Below are positions 27,266-36,687 of a DNA stretch of 57,914 bases, in pieces (the stretch's first letter is position 1; each line of letters begins with the position of its first letter). Origin of the DNA: an uncultured bacterium. GTDB lineage: Bacteria > Eisenbacteria > RBG-16-71-46 > JABDJR01. Position numbers and translations under genes: made by a program. The stretch is taken from assembly GCA_964424285.1 (NCBI GenBank), contig CAYRIJ010000001.1, positions 1 through 57,914 of the forward strand. Direction: 5' to 3'. The notes under the pieces are model-generated. The model saw only the letters and a list, made by a program, of their open reading frames with translations, was not told the DNA's origin and ran no database searches.

Positions 27266-30124
27266 ATGGCCAAACGAACCAGCAAAACCAACGCCGAAGG
27301 CGGGGCCGCGTCGCGGCAGGCCGGGCGGCGCCGGAAGGGGGCCAACCTGGAGGGTGGCCTTCGTTTCGAGCGGCGCTTCACCCGGCCCGGCGTCGATCCC
27401 ATGAGCGAGATCGAGTGGGAGACCCGCAACGCCCTGATCGTGAACGAGCGGGGTGAAACCGTCTTTGAACAGAAGAACGTGGAGATTCCCAAGCCCTGGT
27501 CCATGACCGCCACCAACGTGGTGGTCTCCAAGTACTTTCGGGGCAACCTGGGCACTCCCGAGCGCGAGCGCAGCGTCCGCCAGCTCCTCTCCCGGGTGGC
27601 GGACACGATCACCGGTTGGGGCGAGGAGGGAGGGTACTTCGCCTCGACCGGGGACCGCGACGTCTTCCACGACGAGCTCATGCACCTGATGCTGAACCAG
27701 AAGATGGCTTTCAACAGCCCGGTGTGGTTCAACGTCGGCGTGGTGGAGAAGCCCCAGTGCTCGGCCTGCTTCATCAACTCGGTGGAAGACTCCATGGACT
27801 CGATCCTGGAGCTGGCCAAGACCGAGGGCATGCTCTTCAAGTGGGGATCGGGGACCGGAAGCAACCTGTCCAAGATCCGCTCCTCCCGGGAGAAGCTCCG
27901 GGGCGGCGGCACCGCATCGGGACCGGTCTCGTTCATGAAGGGCTACGACGCCTTCGCCGGGGTGATCAAGTCGGGGGGGAAGACCCGGCGCGCGGCCAAG
28001 ATGGTGATTCTGGACGTGAAGCATCCCGACGTCATGGAGTTCATCCGCTCCAAGGAGGTCGAGGAGAAGAAGGCCTGGGCGCTGATCGAAGCGGGCTACG
28101 ACGGGGGCTTCAACGTCCCCGGCGGGGCCTACGACTCGGTCTTCTATCAGAACGCCAACCACAGCGTGCGGGTGACCGACGAGTTCATGGACGCGGTGGA
28201 GCGGGACGGCGACTGGAGCACCCGGAACGTGCTGGACGGAGAGCCCGCCGACACCTATCGGGCCCGGGACGTGCTTCGGGCCGTCGCCGAGGCCACCCAC
28301 GTCTGCGGCGATCCCGGCATGCAGTTCGACACCACCATCAACCGCTGGCACACCTGCAAGAACACCGACCGCATCTACGCCTCGAACCCGTGCAGCGAGT
28401 ACATGTTTCTCGACGACACCGCCTGCAATCTGGCGTCGTTGAACCTGAAGCGGTTCGTGGATCCCGGGGGGCGGTTCGACGTGGCCGGGTTCGGGCACGC
28501 GGTGGACGTGACCATCACCGCCATGGAGATCCTGGTGGGGAGCGCGTCCTATCCCACCCCCAGGATCGCCGAGAACAGCCGCCGCTTCCGGCCCCTGGGC
28601 CTGGGCTACGCCAACCTCGGCGCCCTGCTCATGAGCTGGGGCGTTCCCTATGACAGCGATCAGGGGCGGGCGGTGGCCGCGGCGCTCACCGCGCTCATGT
28701 GCGGCCAGGCCTACGCGACCTCGGCCCGGGTGGCCGCCCAGCTCGGTCCCTTCGACGATTACGGACCGAACGAGGCCCCGATGCTCGAGGTGATCGACAT
28801 GCACCGCCGGGCGGTGGAGGACATCGACCCCAAGCCGGTTCCCGCCGAGATTCTGTCCGCGGCCCGCGAGTCCTGGACCCGCGCCCGGACCCTGGGCGGG
28901 GAGTACGGTTTCCGGAACAGCCAGGCCACCGTGCTCGCGCCCACCGGGACCATCGGGTTCCTCATGGACTGCGACACCACCGGGGTGGAGCCGGAGCTGG
29001 CCCTGGTGAAGTACAAGAAGCTGGTGGGCGGCGGGGTGATGAAGATCGTGAACCAGACCGTGGAGTCCGCCCTGGAGCGGCTCGGCTACACCCCCGCCGA
29101 GCGGAGCCGCATCCTCGAGGCCATCGAGGAGACCGGGACCATCGAGGGGGCGCCGGGGCTCCGCGACGAGCACCTGCCGGTCTTCGACTGCTCCTTCACC
29201 CCCGCCGGCGGTGCCCGCTCCATCCACTATACGGGGCCTCTCCGGATGATGGCCGCGGTCCAGCCGTTCCTTTCCGGGGCCATTTCCAAGACCATCAACA
29301 TGCCCTCCCCGGTCACCGTCGAGGAGATCACCGACGCCTACCTGGCCGCCTGGAAGCTGGGGTTGAAGGCGGTGGCGCTCTATCGCGACGGCTCCAAGCG
29401 CACCCAACCCCTCTCCACCCGGAAGGAGACGGGGAAGGCGGCCGAGGCCCCGGCGGCCGGGGCGGCGATCGACGTCACCCCCCGCGCCTATCGCCGCCGG
29501 CTGCCCGACGAGCGGCAGGCCATCACCCACAAGTTCTCCATCGGCGGCCACGAAGGCTATCTCACGGTGGGGATGTACGAGGACGGGACCCCCGGCGAGA
29601 TCTTCGTGGTGATGTCCAAGGAGGGGAGCGTGGTGAGCGGGCTGATGGACGGCTTCGCCACCGCCATCTCCATGGCTCTCCAGTACGGGGTGCCCCTGCA
29701 CGTCCTGGTCAACAAGTTCAGCCACATGCGTTTCGAGCCTTCCGGCTTCACCAACAACCAGGAGATCCCGATCGCCAAGTCGATCCTGGATTACATCTTC
29801 CGATGGTTGGCCAGCCGGTTCCTCTCGGCCGCCGACCAGGCCCAGGTGGGGATCCAGAAACAGGACTGGGGCGCCGGGGAGACCGAGGAGAAGGAGCCCG
29901 AGACCGCCGCTTCGGCCGGCGCCGCGGACGCGGAGGCCGCACCCAACGGAAACGGCCACGGGCGGAACGGTGGAAACGGGCACGCGAAGGGGGGGGGCGA
30001 GAGCACCTTCGCCTTCGTCCTGCAGGAAGACGCCCCACCGTGCCATGAATGCGGTACGATCATGGTCCGGGGCGGTTCCTGCTACAAGTGTCTGAACTGC
30101 GGAGCCACCAGCGGCTGCAGTTGA
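27266..30124 (+). CDS. nrdJ: adenosylcobalamin-dependent (class II) ribonucleoside-diphosphate reductase
   Basis: GGAGGG SD. WSMTATNVVVSKYF, SACFI, NPCSEY, TVLAPTGTI, ISKTINMP motifs. C-terminal zinc ribbon CHECG...CYKCLNCG. Confidence 0.95.
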   Translation: MAKRTSKTNAEGGAASRQAGRRRKGANLEGGLRFERRFTRPGVDPMSEIEWETRNALIVNERGETVFEQKNVEIPKPWSMTATNVVVSKYFRGNLGTPERERSVRQLLSRVADTITGWGEEGGYFASTGDRDVFHDELMHLMLNQKMAFNSPVWFNVGVVEKPQCSACFINSVEDSMDSILELAKTEGMLFKWGSGTGSNLSKIRSSREKLRGGGTASGPVSFMKGYDAFAGVIKSGGKTRRAAKMVILDVKHPDVMEFIRSKEVEEKKAWALIEAGYDGGFNVPGGAYDSVFYQNANHSVRVTDEFMDAVERDGDWSTRNVLDGEPADTYRARDVLRAVAEATHVCGDPGMQFDTTINRWHTCKNTDRIYASNPCSEYMFLDDTACNLASLNLKRFVDPGGRFDVAGFGHAVDVTITAMEILVGSASYPTPRIAENSRRFRPLGLGYANLGALLMSWGVPYDSDQGRAVAAALTALMCGQAYATSARVAAQLGPFDDYGPNEAPMLEVIDMHRRAVEDIDPKPVPAEILSAARESWTRARTLGGEYGFRNSQATVLAPTGTIGFLMDCDTTGVEPELALVKYKKLVGGGVMKIVNQTVESALERLGYTPAERSRILEAIEETGTIEGAPGLRDEHLPVFDCSFTPAGGARSIHYTGPLRMMAAVQPFLSGAISKTINMPSPVTVEEITDAYLAAWKLGLKAVALYRDGSKRTQPLSTRKETGKAAEAPAAGAAIDVTPRAYRRRLPDERQAITHKFSIGGHEGYLTVGMYEDGTPGEIFVVMSKEGSVVSGLMDGFATAISMALQYGVPLHVLVNKFSHMRFEPSGFTNNQEIPIAKSILDYIFRWLASRFLSAADQAQVGIQKQDWGAGETEEKEPETAASAGAADAEAAPNGNGHGRNGGNGHAKGGGESTFAFVLQEDAPPCHECGTIMVRGGSCYKCLNCGATSGCS

Positions 30125-30221
30125 GGCCGCCGGGTTTCCTGCCGGAGGCTTTCCCGCCTTCGGGCGGCGGAGGCCCGCGAGGATTGCGGAAGCGGAGGCC
30201 CCTTGAGCCCGCCTCTCGGGT

Positions 30222-32651
30222 TCAGGGGGCCGAAGCTTTGAGCCGGGAAGCGAGCTCCGGATCCCCGGTCCGCTCGAGCCCCTCGCGCCACGTCCGCCGG
30301 GCCTCCCGGTCCTTGCCTTGGGCGGCGAGAACGTCCCCCAGGGCCGTGTATCCCTCCCCAAGGTCCGGACGCCGCGCCACCAGCTCCCGGAGGACGGCCT
30401 CGGCCTCGGCCCGCCGATCCAGGTGTATGGCCGCCTCCGCGGTGTAGAGCGCCGGCCGCGGGTCCCGGCGCTCCAGATCCAGCGCCTTCCGGAAATAGCG
30501 CTCCGCCTCCTCCCATTTCCCTTCCCCGCGGAAGATCCGTCCCGCGATGTACTGGGCGTCCCAGCGATCGGGGAGGAGCGCGGCGGCGCGGAGGAAGTGA
30601 CCGCGCGCCTCGGCGGAACGGCCGAGGTCGGTGAGCGCGGTGCCCACGGTGAGTTCCAGGTCGCCGTTGTCGGGATGAGCGTCGAGGCCCCGCTCCGCCG
30701 CCTCCAGCGCCTCGGCGAGGTGGCCGGTCCGGCGGAGGAGCTCGGCTTGGAGTAGATCGTCGGCCGGGTTGCCCGGATCCAGCCTCCGGGCCCGATCGAT
30801 GGCCGCCCGGGCCCCGGTGGGACGCCCCGCCGCGGTGAGCCCTTCGGCCAGCTCCCGCCAGCGAGCCGGATTCCGGGGATCCGCGCGGGCGGCCCGGCGG
30901 GCGAAGGCCTCCCCGGCCTCGGCGTTCCGGGCGAGGATCAGCCAGTTGGATTCGGGGAGGGACCGGGAGGTCCCCGCCGGGGCCCGTTCCGGCGCCGGTT
31001 TCCGCGCGAAGAATCCCCCCGCCCAGGTGGTGTCGAGGGCGGCGAAGCCGGCGCGGTAGGTCCAGAGGCTGTCGGCATGGAGCCGGGGGAGGGTGAGATC
31101 GGGAGCCGGGGAGGGGGCGTAGTGAGAATCCCAGAAGAGGAGCGCGCCGGGAGGGGCGTCGCCCACCCCGGCCAAGGCCGGAAAGCGCGTCCGGTCGTGG
31201 GGATCGGCGCCCAGGAAGTAGGCGAGGAGGGGGTGGGCGGAATAGACCGGCTCTCCCGCTCCGGCGTTCCGGAGCCACTCCGCCGCGGTTCCGACCCCCC
31301 GTTCCTCGGCGGTGGGGGTCAGATGAAGGGTCGGCCCGTGAAACCGCGCGAGCCCGACGGCGGCCAGGGCGAGGACGAGGGCGGGCGCCCATCGCCGTCC
31401 CGCGGCGGGAAGGGTGACCAGCGCGAGCCAGAGGGCGGCCGCCCCCGCGGGAAGCCAGACGACGCGGGTCAGGCGAAGGTAGTCCCCGAGGTAGGGGTGG
31501 TTCCAGAGGAGCACCGACCCCGCCGCGTAGAGGACGAGGGCGGCGGTGGTGGGGGAGCGCCGGGCGCGGAGCCGCTCGAGCCCCGAGGCGGCCAGGATCG
31601 CCGCGGCGGGGGCGGCCAGGGCGAGGTAGCGGAGGTTCCCCCCGGTGGCCGGCACCCCGCCGGCCAGGACGGTGTAGATGACCAGGAGCGCCAGGGCGGT
31701 GACCGCCGCCGCCGCCTCGGCCCGGGCGCGGAGATCGCCCCGGCTCCCCGGGAGCCGCCGTCCGGGGAAGACGCCGTCCTCGATCCGTCCCAGGAGACCC
31801 AACAGCACCGGGAACGCCGCGCCGAGGCCCAGCACCCAGACCAGGCTCTTCACGTAGTGGAGCGGCTCGCGGAGGGCGTAGGCCGGGCCCTCGGTCTGGT
31901 GCAGGAGCCAGAGGGGGTCGCCATGGACCGCCCCCCCCAGGACCCCCCATAGGATCACCCCCAGGGGGAGGACCCCTCCGAGCCCCCGGCGACCGTCCCG
32001 CCAGAGGGAGATCCCCACCAGCGGCCAGAGCGCCACCGTCTCGGGGCGGACCAGCGGAAGCAGGGCGCCGACCGCGGCCAGGAGCCCGGGGCGCCGTTCC
32101 GCCACCGCGAGGAGCCCGACGGCCAGGAGCGCCGCGGCCAGGGGCTCGGTCATCACGGTTCCGGAGAGGGCGAGGTAGAAGGGCTGGGCCAGGAGAAGGA
32201 CCGGGACCCACCCGGCCCCCAGCCACCCCGCCCGGATGACGAGGCGGGCGACCGCCCAGGCGGCGGCCCCGGTGGCCAGCGCGGCGGCGAGCCGGGCCCC
32301 GAGGAGGCCGGCCTGGGCCGGAATCGCGTAGAAGAGGGTGGGGAGAGGACGCCCGGCGAAGCTCAGGAGATCTCCGGGGTGGGCGAAGGCGAAGCGGGCG
32401 AGCAGGAAGTGCACCGCCTCCTCATCCCCGGCCAGCCCGCGGGCGGCCAGGGCGAGGACCGCGGCCACGAGGAAGGCGGCGAGGGCGGCGGCGGCCGGGA
32501 TCGCGGGCCGGGACCCGGATCGGGGCACGGGTGGAGAGGGATCGATCACGGGGGGGATTGTAGCGAGCGCCGGCCCGGAGGTCACCGAGGCGGTTTCGCC
32601 CCGGACGGTGGGCGATTCGTGACCGGTGCGCTTCACCAATTGATAACCCAA
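30222..32651 (-). CDS. polytopic membrane protein (GT39/ArnT/PMT-like glycosyltransferase fold) fused to C-terminal TPR repeats
   Basis: About 450 aa of TM helices, then TPR units (ARWRELAEGLTAAGRPTGA, GHLAEALEAAERGLDAHPDN, GKWEEAERYFRKALDLE, GKDREARRTWREGLERTGD). Start uncertain: the track start is TTG at 32651. An in-frame GTG at 32549 sits 7 nt downstream of a TACAAT (32562-32557), so the transcript may be leaderless. Confidence 0.75.
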   Translation of the reverse strand: MGYQLVKRTGHESPTVRGETASVTSGPALATIPPVIDPSPPVPRSGSRPAIPAAAALAAFLVAAVLALAARGLAGDEEAVHFLLARFAFAHPGDLLSFAGRPLPTLFYAIPAQAGLLGARLAAALATGAAAWAVARLVIRAGWLGAGWVPVLLLAQPFYLALSGTVMTEPLAAALLAVGLLAVAERRPGLLAAVGALLPLVRPETVALWPLVGISLWRDGRRGLGGVLPLGVILWGVLGGAVHGDPLWLLHQTEGPAYALREPLHYVKSLVWVLGLGAAFPVLLGLLGRIEDGVFPGRRLPGSRGDLRARAEAAAAVTALALLVIYTVLAGGVPATGGNLRYLALAAPAAAILAASGLERLRARRSPTTAALVLYAAGSVLLWNHPYLGDYLRLTRVVWLPAGAAALWLALVTLPAAGRRWAPALVLALAAVGLARFHGPTLHLTPTAEERGVGTAAEWLRNAGAGEPVYSAHPLLAYFLGADPHDRTRFPALAGVGDAPPGALLFWDSHYAPSPAPDLTLPRLHADSLWTYRAGFAALDTTWAGGFFARKPAPERAPAGTSRSLPESNWLILARNAEAGEAFARRAARADPRNPARWRELAEGLTAAGRPTGARAAIDRARRLDPGNPADDLLQAELLRRTGHLAEALEAAERGLDAHPDNGDLELTVGTALTDLGRSAEARGHFLRAAALLPDRWDAQYIAGRIFRGEGKWEEAERYFRKALDLERRDPRPALYTAEAAIHLDRRAEAEAVLRELVARRPDLGEGYTALGDVLAAQGKDREARRTWREGLERTGDPELASRLKASAP

Positions 32652-32766
32652 TGAACTAAAACAGATTAGAAAATCGTACCGGGACGCGAGTTCCGGGAGA
32701 CGGCCCGGATGAGACCTGTGCTAAACTCGACCCGAACCCCCAGGTTTCCAAGGTGGGAAAAACGAC

Positions 32767-33246
32767 ATGAACTTCTCCATTACGCGTCGCGGCGACTACG
32801 GACTGATCTCCATTCTCTACCTGGCGCGGAAGAAGCCCGGTGAGCTGACCCAGATTCACGAGGTGGCCACCCATTGCCGGCTTCCCGAACCGTTCCTGGC
32901 CCAGATCCTCCGCCTCCTGGTGCGGGGGGGGCTGGTGCAGTCGAAGAAGGGGGTCCGAGGCGGCTTCTCGCTGGCCCGCAAGCCCGAGGAAATCAGTTTC
33001 CTCGAGGTGCTGGAAGCTCTCGAAGGCCCGGTGGCGGTGAACCGCTGTCAGAGCCCGGTCGTGCACTGCGAGCACGAGGGAAGCTGCGCCATGGAGTTCA
33101 TCTGGACCCGCGCCCAGGATGCGCTGGTCAAGGTGCTCCGCGAGACGAATCTGACCGAGGCCTACTGCCCCGGTCATTTCCCGTTCGTTCCCGCGAGCGG
33201 CAAGCTTTCCGAATCGGTCGACGAGGAGATCACCGCCCGTTCCTGA
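32767..33246 (+). CDS. Rrf2-family transcriptional regulator (IscR-like, three-Cys cluster site)
   Basis: RGDYGLISILYLA...wHTH...KKGVRGGFSLAR; Cys triad CQSPVVHCEHEGSC. Lies directly upstream of a cysteine desulfurase. Confidence 0.85.
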   Translation: MNFSITRRGDYGLISILYLARKKPGELTQIHEVATHCRLPEPFLAQILRLLVRGGLVQSKKGVRGGFSLARKPEEISFLEVLEALEGPVAVNRCQSPVVHCEHEGSCAMEFIWTRAQDALVKVLRETNLTEAYCPGHFPFVPASGKLSESVDEEITARS

Positions 33247-33264
33247 TTCGGTCCTCGAGGCCGG

Positions 33265-34422
33265 ATGACGCAACGCATCTACCTGGATCATCACGCCACC
33301 ACCCCGCTGGATCCGCGGGCCCTGGAGGCGATGATGCCGTATTTGACCGCGGAATTCGGAAACCCCTCCAGCGCGACCCATGACTTCGGGCGTCGGGCCC
33401 GCGCCGCGACGGAGGAGGCCCGGGCTTCCGTGGCCCGGCTCCTCGGCGCCCACCCCGAAGAGATCACCTTCACCGCCGGCGCCACCGAGGCCAACAACCT
33501 CGCGGTGAAGGGGGCGGCCCGCCGCGCCCGGAAGCGTGGGGGGGGCGCTCATCTGGTGACCACCTCCCTGGAACACGAATCGGTGGCCTATTCCATGCGC
33601 GCGCTCGAGGAGGAGGGTTTCACCCTCACCGTGGCGGCGCCGGGATCCGACGGCATCGTGAGCGCGGCGGCGGTGGAACGCGCGCTCCGTCCCGACACCG
33701 TGGTCGTCTCGGCGTGCTGGGTGAACGGGGAGATCGGCACCGTCCAACCCGTGGCCGATCTGGCCGCCCTCTGCCGGGAGCGCGGCATCCTCTTTCACAC
33801 CGACGCCACCCAGGGGGTCGGGAAGCTCCCCCTCGACGTGCACGCCGCGGGGATTCATCTCCTCTCCCTGAGCGCCCACAAATTCTACGGACCCAAGGGC
33901 GTGGGCGCGCTCTTCCACGAACGCGGCGTGGAACTGGAGCCCCTGTTCTCCGGAGGGGGCCAGGAGGCGGGGCTGCGGTCCGGAACCCTGAACGTGCCCG
34001 GGATCGTCGGGCTGGGGGCGATCGCCGCCCTTCGTGCGACCGAGATGGCCGAGGAGGCGGAGCGGCTCACCGCCCTCCGGAACGCGCTCTGGGCGGGGAT
34101 TCGCGAGCGCGTTCCCGGGGCCCGGTTGAACGGCGACCCCGAGCGCCGCCTGCCCGGAAACCTCAACGTCTCCTTCCCCGGCATCTCCGGCGAGGAGCTG
34201 CTCCGCGCCCTCGACCGGTTCGCTCTCTCCACCGGCTCGGCCTGCCGGAGCGCCGAGCGCGCGCCGTCCGAGGTCCTGGGGGCCTTGGGCCTGGACTACG
34301 ATCTCGCCGCCTCGACCGTGCGCTTCGGCCTCGGCCGCACCACCACCCCCGAACACGTGGAGCGCCTCCTCGCCGATCTCGGCGAGGCGGTAAGTCGTCT
34401 GCGCCCCCAACCCGCGCCATGA
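33265..34422 (+). CDS. iscS: cysteine desulfurase (NifS/IscS class)
   Basis: IYLDHHATTP, FTAGATEANN, SAHKFYGPKGVGAL (PLP Lys), LSTGSACRS (active-site Cys). Confidence 0.9.
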   Translation: MTQRIYLDHHATTPLDPRALEAMMPYLTAEFGNPSSATHDFGRRARAATEEARASVARLLGAHPEEITFTAGATEANNLAVKGAARRARKRGGGAHLVTTSLEHESVAYSMRALEEEGFTLTVAAPGSDGIVSAAAVERALRPDTVVVSACWVNGEIGTVQPVADLAALCRERGILFHTDATQGVGKLPLDVHAAGIHLLSLSAHKFYGPKGVGALFHERGVELEPLFSGGGQEAGLRSGTLNVPGIVGLGAIAALRATEMAEEAERLTALRNALWAGIRERVPGARLNGDPERRLPGNLNVSFPGISGEELLRALDRFALSTGSACRSAERAPSEVLGALGLDYDLAASTVRFGLGRTTTPEHVERLLADLGEAVSRLRPQPAP

Positions 34423-36617
34423 AACGTCGCCACCCGGTTCCGCTCGCCGCCGCCCTGGTCCTGGTCCTTCTGCCGCTCCTCTCGGGGGCGGTTCCCGACG
34501 GGCCGACCGGTCTCGCCCCCCGAGTCCGCTCCCACTTCGATGAGGCGCGAAGCCTCGGGCTCTACCGCGCTCCGGCACCGGAACGGGTCCATCCCTACCT
34601 GGCCCGAATCGCCGCCGACCGCCCCGGCGAACCGGTCCTGGCCTGGGTGTTCTTCACCGACAAGGGGGTGGGGACGCGCGCGGGCCTCGACCGGGCGCTC
34701 GGGGACGTCCGCCGCGGCCTGGCGCCCCACGCGCTCCGGCGCCGGGAAGCCCTGGGACCCTCCCTGGGACTCGACTTCCGCGACCTCCCGGTGAACGCGG
34801 ACTACGTGGCCCGGCTTCGCGAGGCGGGGTTCGAGGTCCGGCGGGTCAGCCGGTGGGTGAACGCGGCCAGCATCCGGACCGAGGCGGGCCGGCTCCCGGG
34901 GCTCGCGCGGTTTCCCTTCGTGCGCGAGGTGACCCCGGTCCGGGTGCGGTCCGGTTTCGTGGAGCCCCTCCCCGAACCCGCCCCCGGTCCCGGCGCCGCC
35001 GCTCCCGGCGTCCTCTCCACCGCCGCCGCGCCGCCCGACACCGGCGAGGCCGCGTTCTACGGGGCGTCGCTGAAGCAGCTCGACCAGATCCAGGCCCTGG
35101 ACCTGCAACGCCTCGGGTACTCGGGCGCCGGGGTGCGGGTGATGATGATCGACACCGGCTTCCACAAGACCCATCCCGCCTTCGCGGTCGCGGACCTCGT
35201 GGCCGAGTACGATTTCATCCAGGAGGACGGCGACACCCACGACGGGCCGGGAGACGCGGCCGGGCAGGAGTACCACGGCACCGGGACCTGGGGAACCCTG
35301 GGGGGCTACGCCCCCGGGAACCTCATCGGCCCCGCCTTCGCCGCGCAGTTCGTGCTCGCCAAGACCGAGGACATCTCCCAGGAAGTGCACGCCGAGGAGG
35401 ACAACTACGTGGCCGCCCTGGAGTGGGGGGACAGCCTCGGGGTGGACGTCACCAGCGCCAGCCTGGGTTACTGGACCTTCGACGACTCGACCGGGTACGC
35501 CCCCGCCGACATGGACGGCAATACCGGGGTGATCACCGTCGCGGTGGACGTCGCGGCGGCCAAGGGGATCTGCTGCGTGAACGCGGCGGGCAACGCCGGC
35601 CCCGGCGCCACCACCATCGGCACCCCCGCCGACGCGGACAGCGTGATCTCGGTGGGGGCGGTGGACTCCACCGGGGTCATCCAGGGCTTCTCCAGCCGGG
35701 GACCGACCGCCGACGGCCGCATCAAGCCCGAGATCTGCGCCCGGGGCCGGAACACGGTCTGGGCCCAGGCCTGGACCCTGGGCTACGGCGCCGCCAACGG
35801 CACCAGCCTGGCCACCCCGCTGGTGGGCGGCCTGGCCGCGCTGGTGAAGGAAGCGCACCCGGAGTGGACGGGCTGGGACATCCGCCAGGCCCTGATCGCC
35901 ACCGGAACCCGGACCGCGACCCCCGACAACGCCTACGGCTACGGGATCGCCCAGGGTCTCGCCGCGGTGGAATACCCCGGAAACGGGGCCCTCGGACCCT
36001 CTCCCCCGCGGATGACCCTGCCCTTCGCGCTCCTCGCGCCCGCCGACAGCGCGGTCGTCGCCTCCTGGCCCCCGGTTCTCACCTGGAGCGCCTCGACCGC
36101 GGCCCAGCCCGGGGACGCCGCCCACTACACGGTGCTCGTGGCCACCGGCGCCGACTTCGCCGGAGCCTCGAGCTTCGATGCGGGAGCCGACACCAGCTAT
36201 GCCCTCACCGGCGCCCTCACCCCCGGCCAGACCTATTGGTGGAAGGTCGAGGCGGTGGGGGACTCGGGCTACGTCCGGCGAAGCCGGAACGACCGTCTCT
36301 TCACCCTCGCCGCCTCCGTCGCGGTGGGACCGCTCCCCAAGCCCGGCGCCGTCGCCCTGACCGCCCTTCCCAATCCCATGCGGAACTCGGCGGAGCTGGG
36401 CTTCCGGCTTCCCGCCGGGGAGGCGGGGGTGATCGAGGTGTTCTCGGTGACCGGGCGGCGCATCCGCCGGTTCGAGGTTCTCGGCGCGGGGGCGGCGGCC
36501 ACGGTGCACTGGGACGGACGCGACGCGGCGGGGCGCGAGGTTCCGTCGGGGGTCTACTTCGCGCGGCTCGGCTCGGCCTCGGGTTCGGCGGTGCGGCGGC
36601 TGGTGCGGCTCCCCTGA
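34419..36617 (+). CDS. secreted S8 subtilisin-family serine protease with FlgD-Ig/T9SS-type C-terminal sorting domain
   Basis: ATGA overlap with the iscS stop. Signal peptide. Catalytic D (VMMIDTGF), H (YHGTGTWG), S (NGTSLATPLV). C-terminal ~90 aa: LPNPMRNSAELGFRLP...IEVFSVTGRRIRRF...WDGRDAAGREVPSGVYFARL...RRLVRLP. Confidence 0.85.
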   Translation: MKRRHPVPLAAALVLVLLPLLSGAVPDGPTGLAPRVRSHFDEARSLGLYRAPAPERVHPYLARIAADRPGEPVLAWVFFTDKGVGTRAGLDRALGDVRRGLAPHALRRREALGPSLGLDFRDLPVNADYVARLREAGFEVRRVSRWVNAASIRTEAGRLPGLARFPFVREVTPVRVRSGFVEPLPEPAPGPGAAAPGVLSTAAAPPDTGEAAFYGASLKQLDQIQALDLQRLGYSGAGVRVMMIDTGFHKTHPAFAVADLVAEYDFIQEDGDTHDGPGDAAGQEYHGTGTWGTLGGYAPGNLIGPAFAAQFVLAKTEDISQEVHAEEDNYVAALEWGDSLGVDVTSASLGYWTFDDSTGYAPADMDGNTGVITVAVDVAAAKGICCVNAAGNAGPGATTIGTPADADSVISVGAVDSTGVIQGFSSRGPTADGRIKPEICARGRNTVWAQAWTLGYGAANGTSLATPLVGGLAALVKEAHPEWTGWDIRQALIATGTRTATPDNAYGYGIAQGLAAVEYPGNGALGPSPPRMTLPFALLAPADSAVVASWPPVLTWSASTAAQPGDAAHYTVLVATGADFAGASSFDAGADTSYALTGALTPGQTYWWKVEAVGDSGYVRRSRNDRLFTLAASVAVGPLPKPGAVALTALPNPMRNSAELGFRLPAGEAGVIEVFSVTGRRIRRFEVLGAGAAATVHWDGRDAAGREVPSGVYFARLGSASGSAVRRLVRLP

Positions 36618-36687
36618 TCGCGCCGGGCGGTCCGGGTAGGCGACGGCGCGGATCCGGTCCGCCGGGGCCGGTCCGCCGTCCGGGCGC

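Noticed and set aside
27161-30361. 1066-aa minus-strand ORF
   Set aside because: It lies antisense to nrdJ, whose identity is unambiguous. This is a composition artefact.
30082-32226. 714-aa minus-strand ORF, plus other alternate-frame ORFs such as 543..1928, 2022..3674, 5644..7866, 34853..36820, 49420..51570 and 51571..53574
   Set aside because: These are alternate frames of real genes. All give the Arg/Pro/Gly-rich pseudo-proteins typical of out-of-frame translation in GC-rich DNA.
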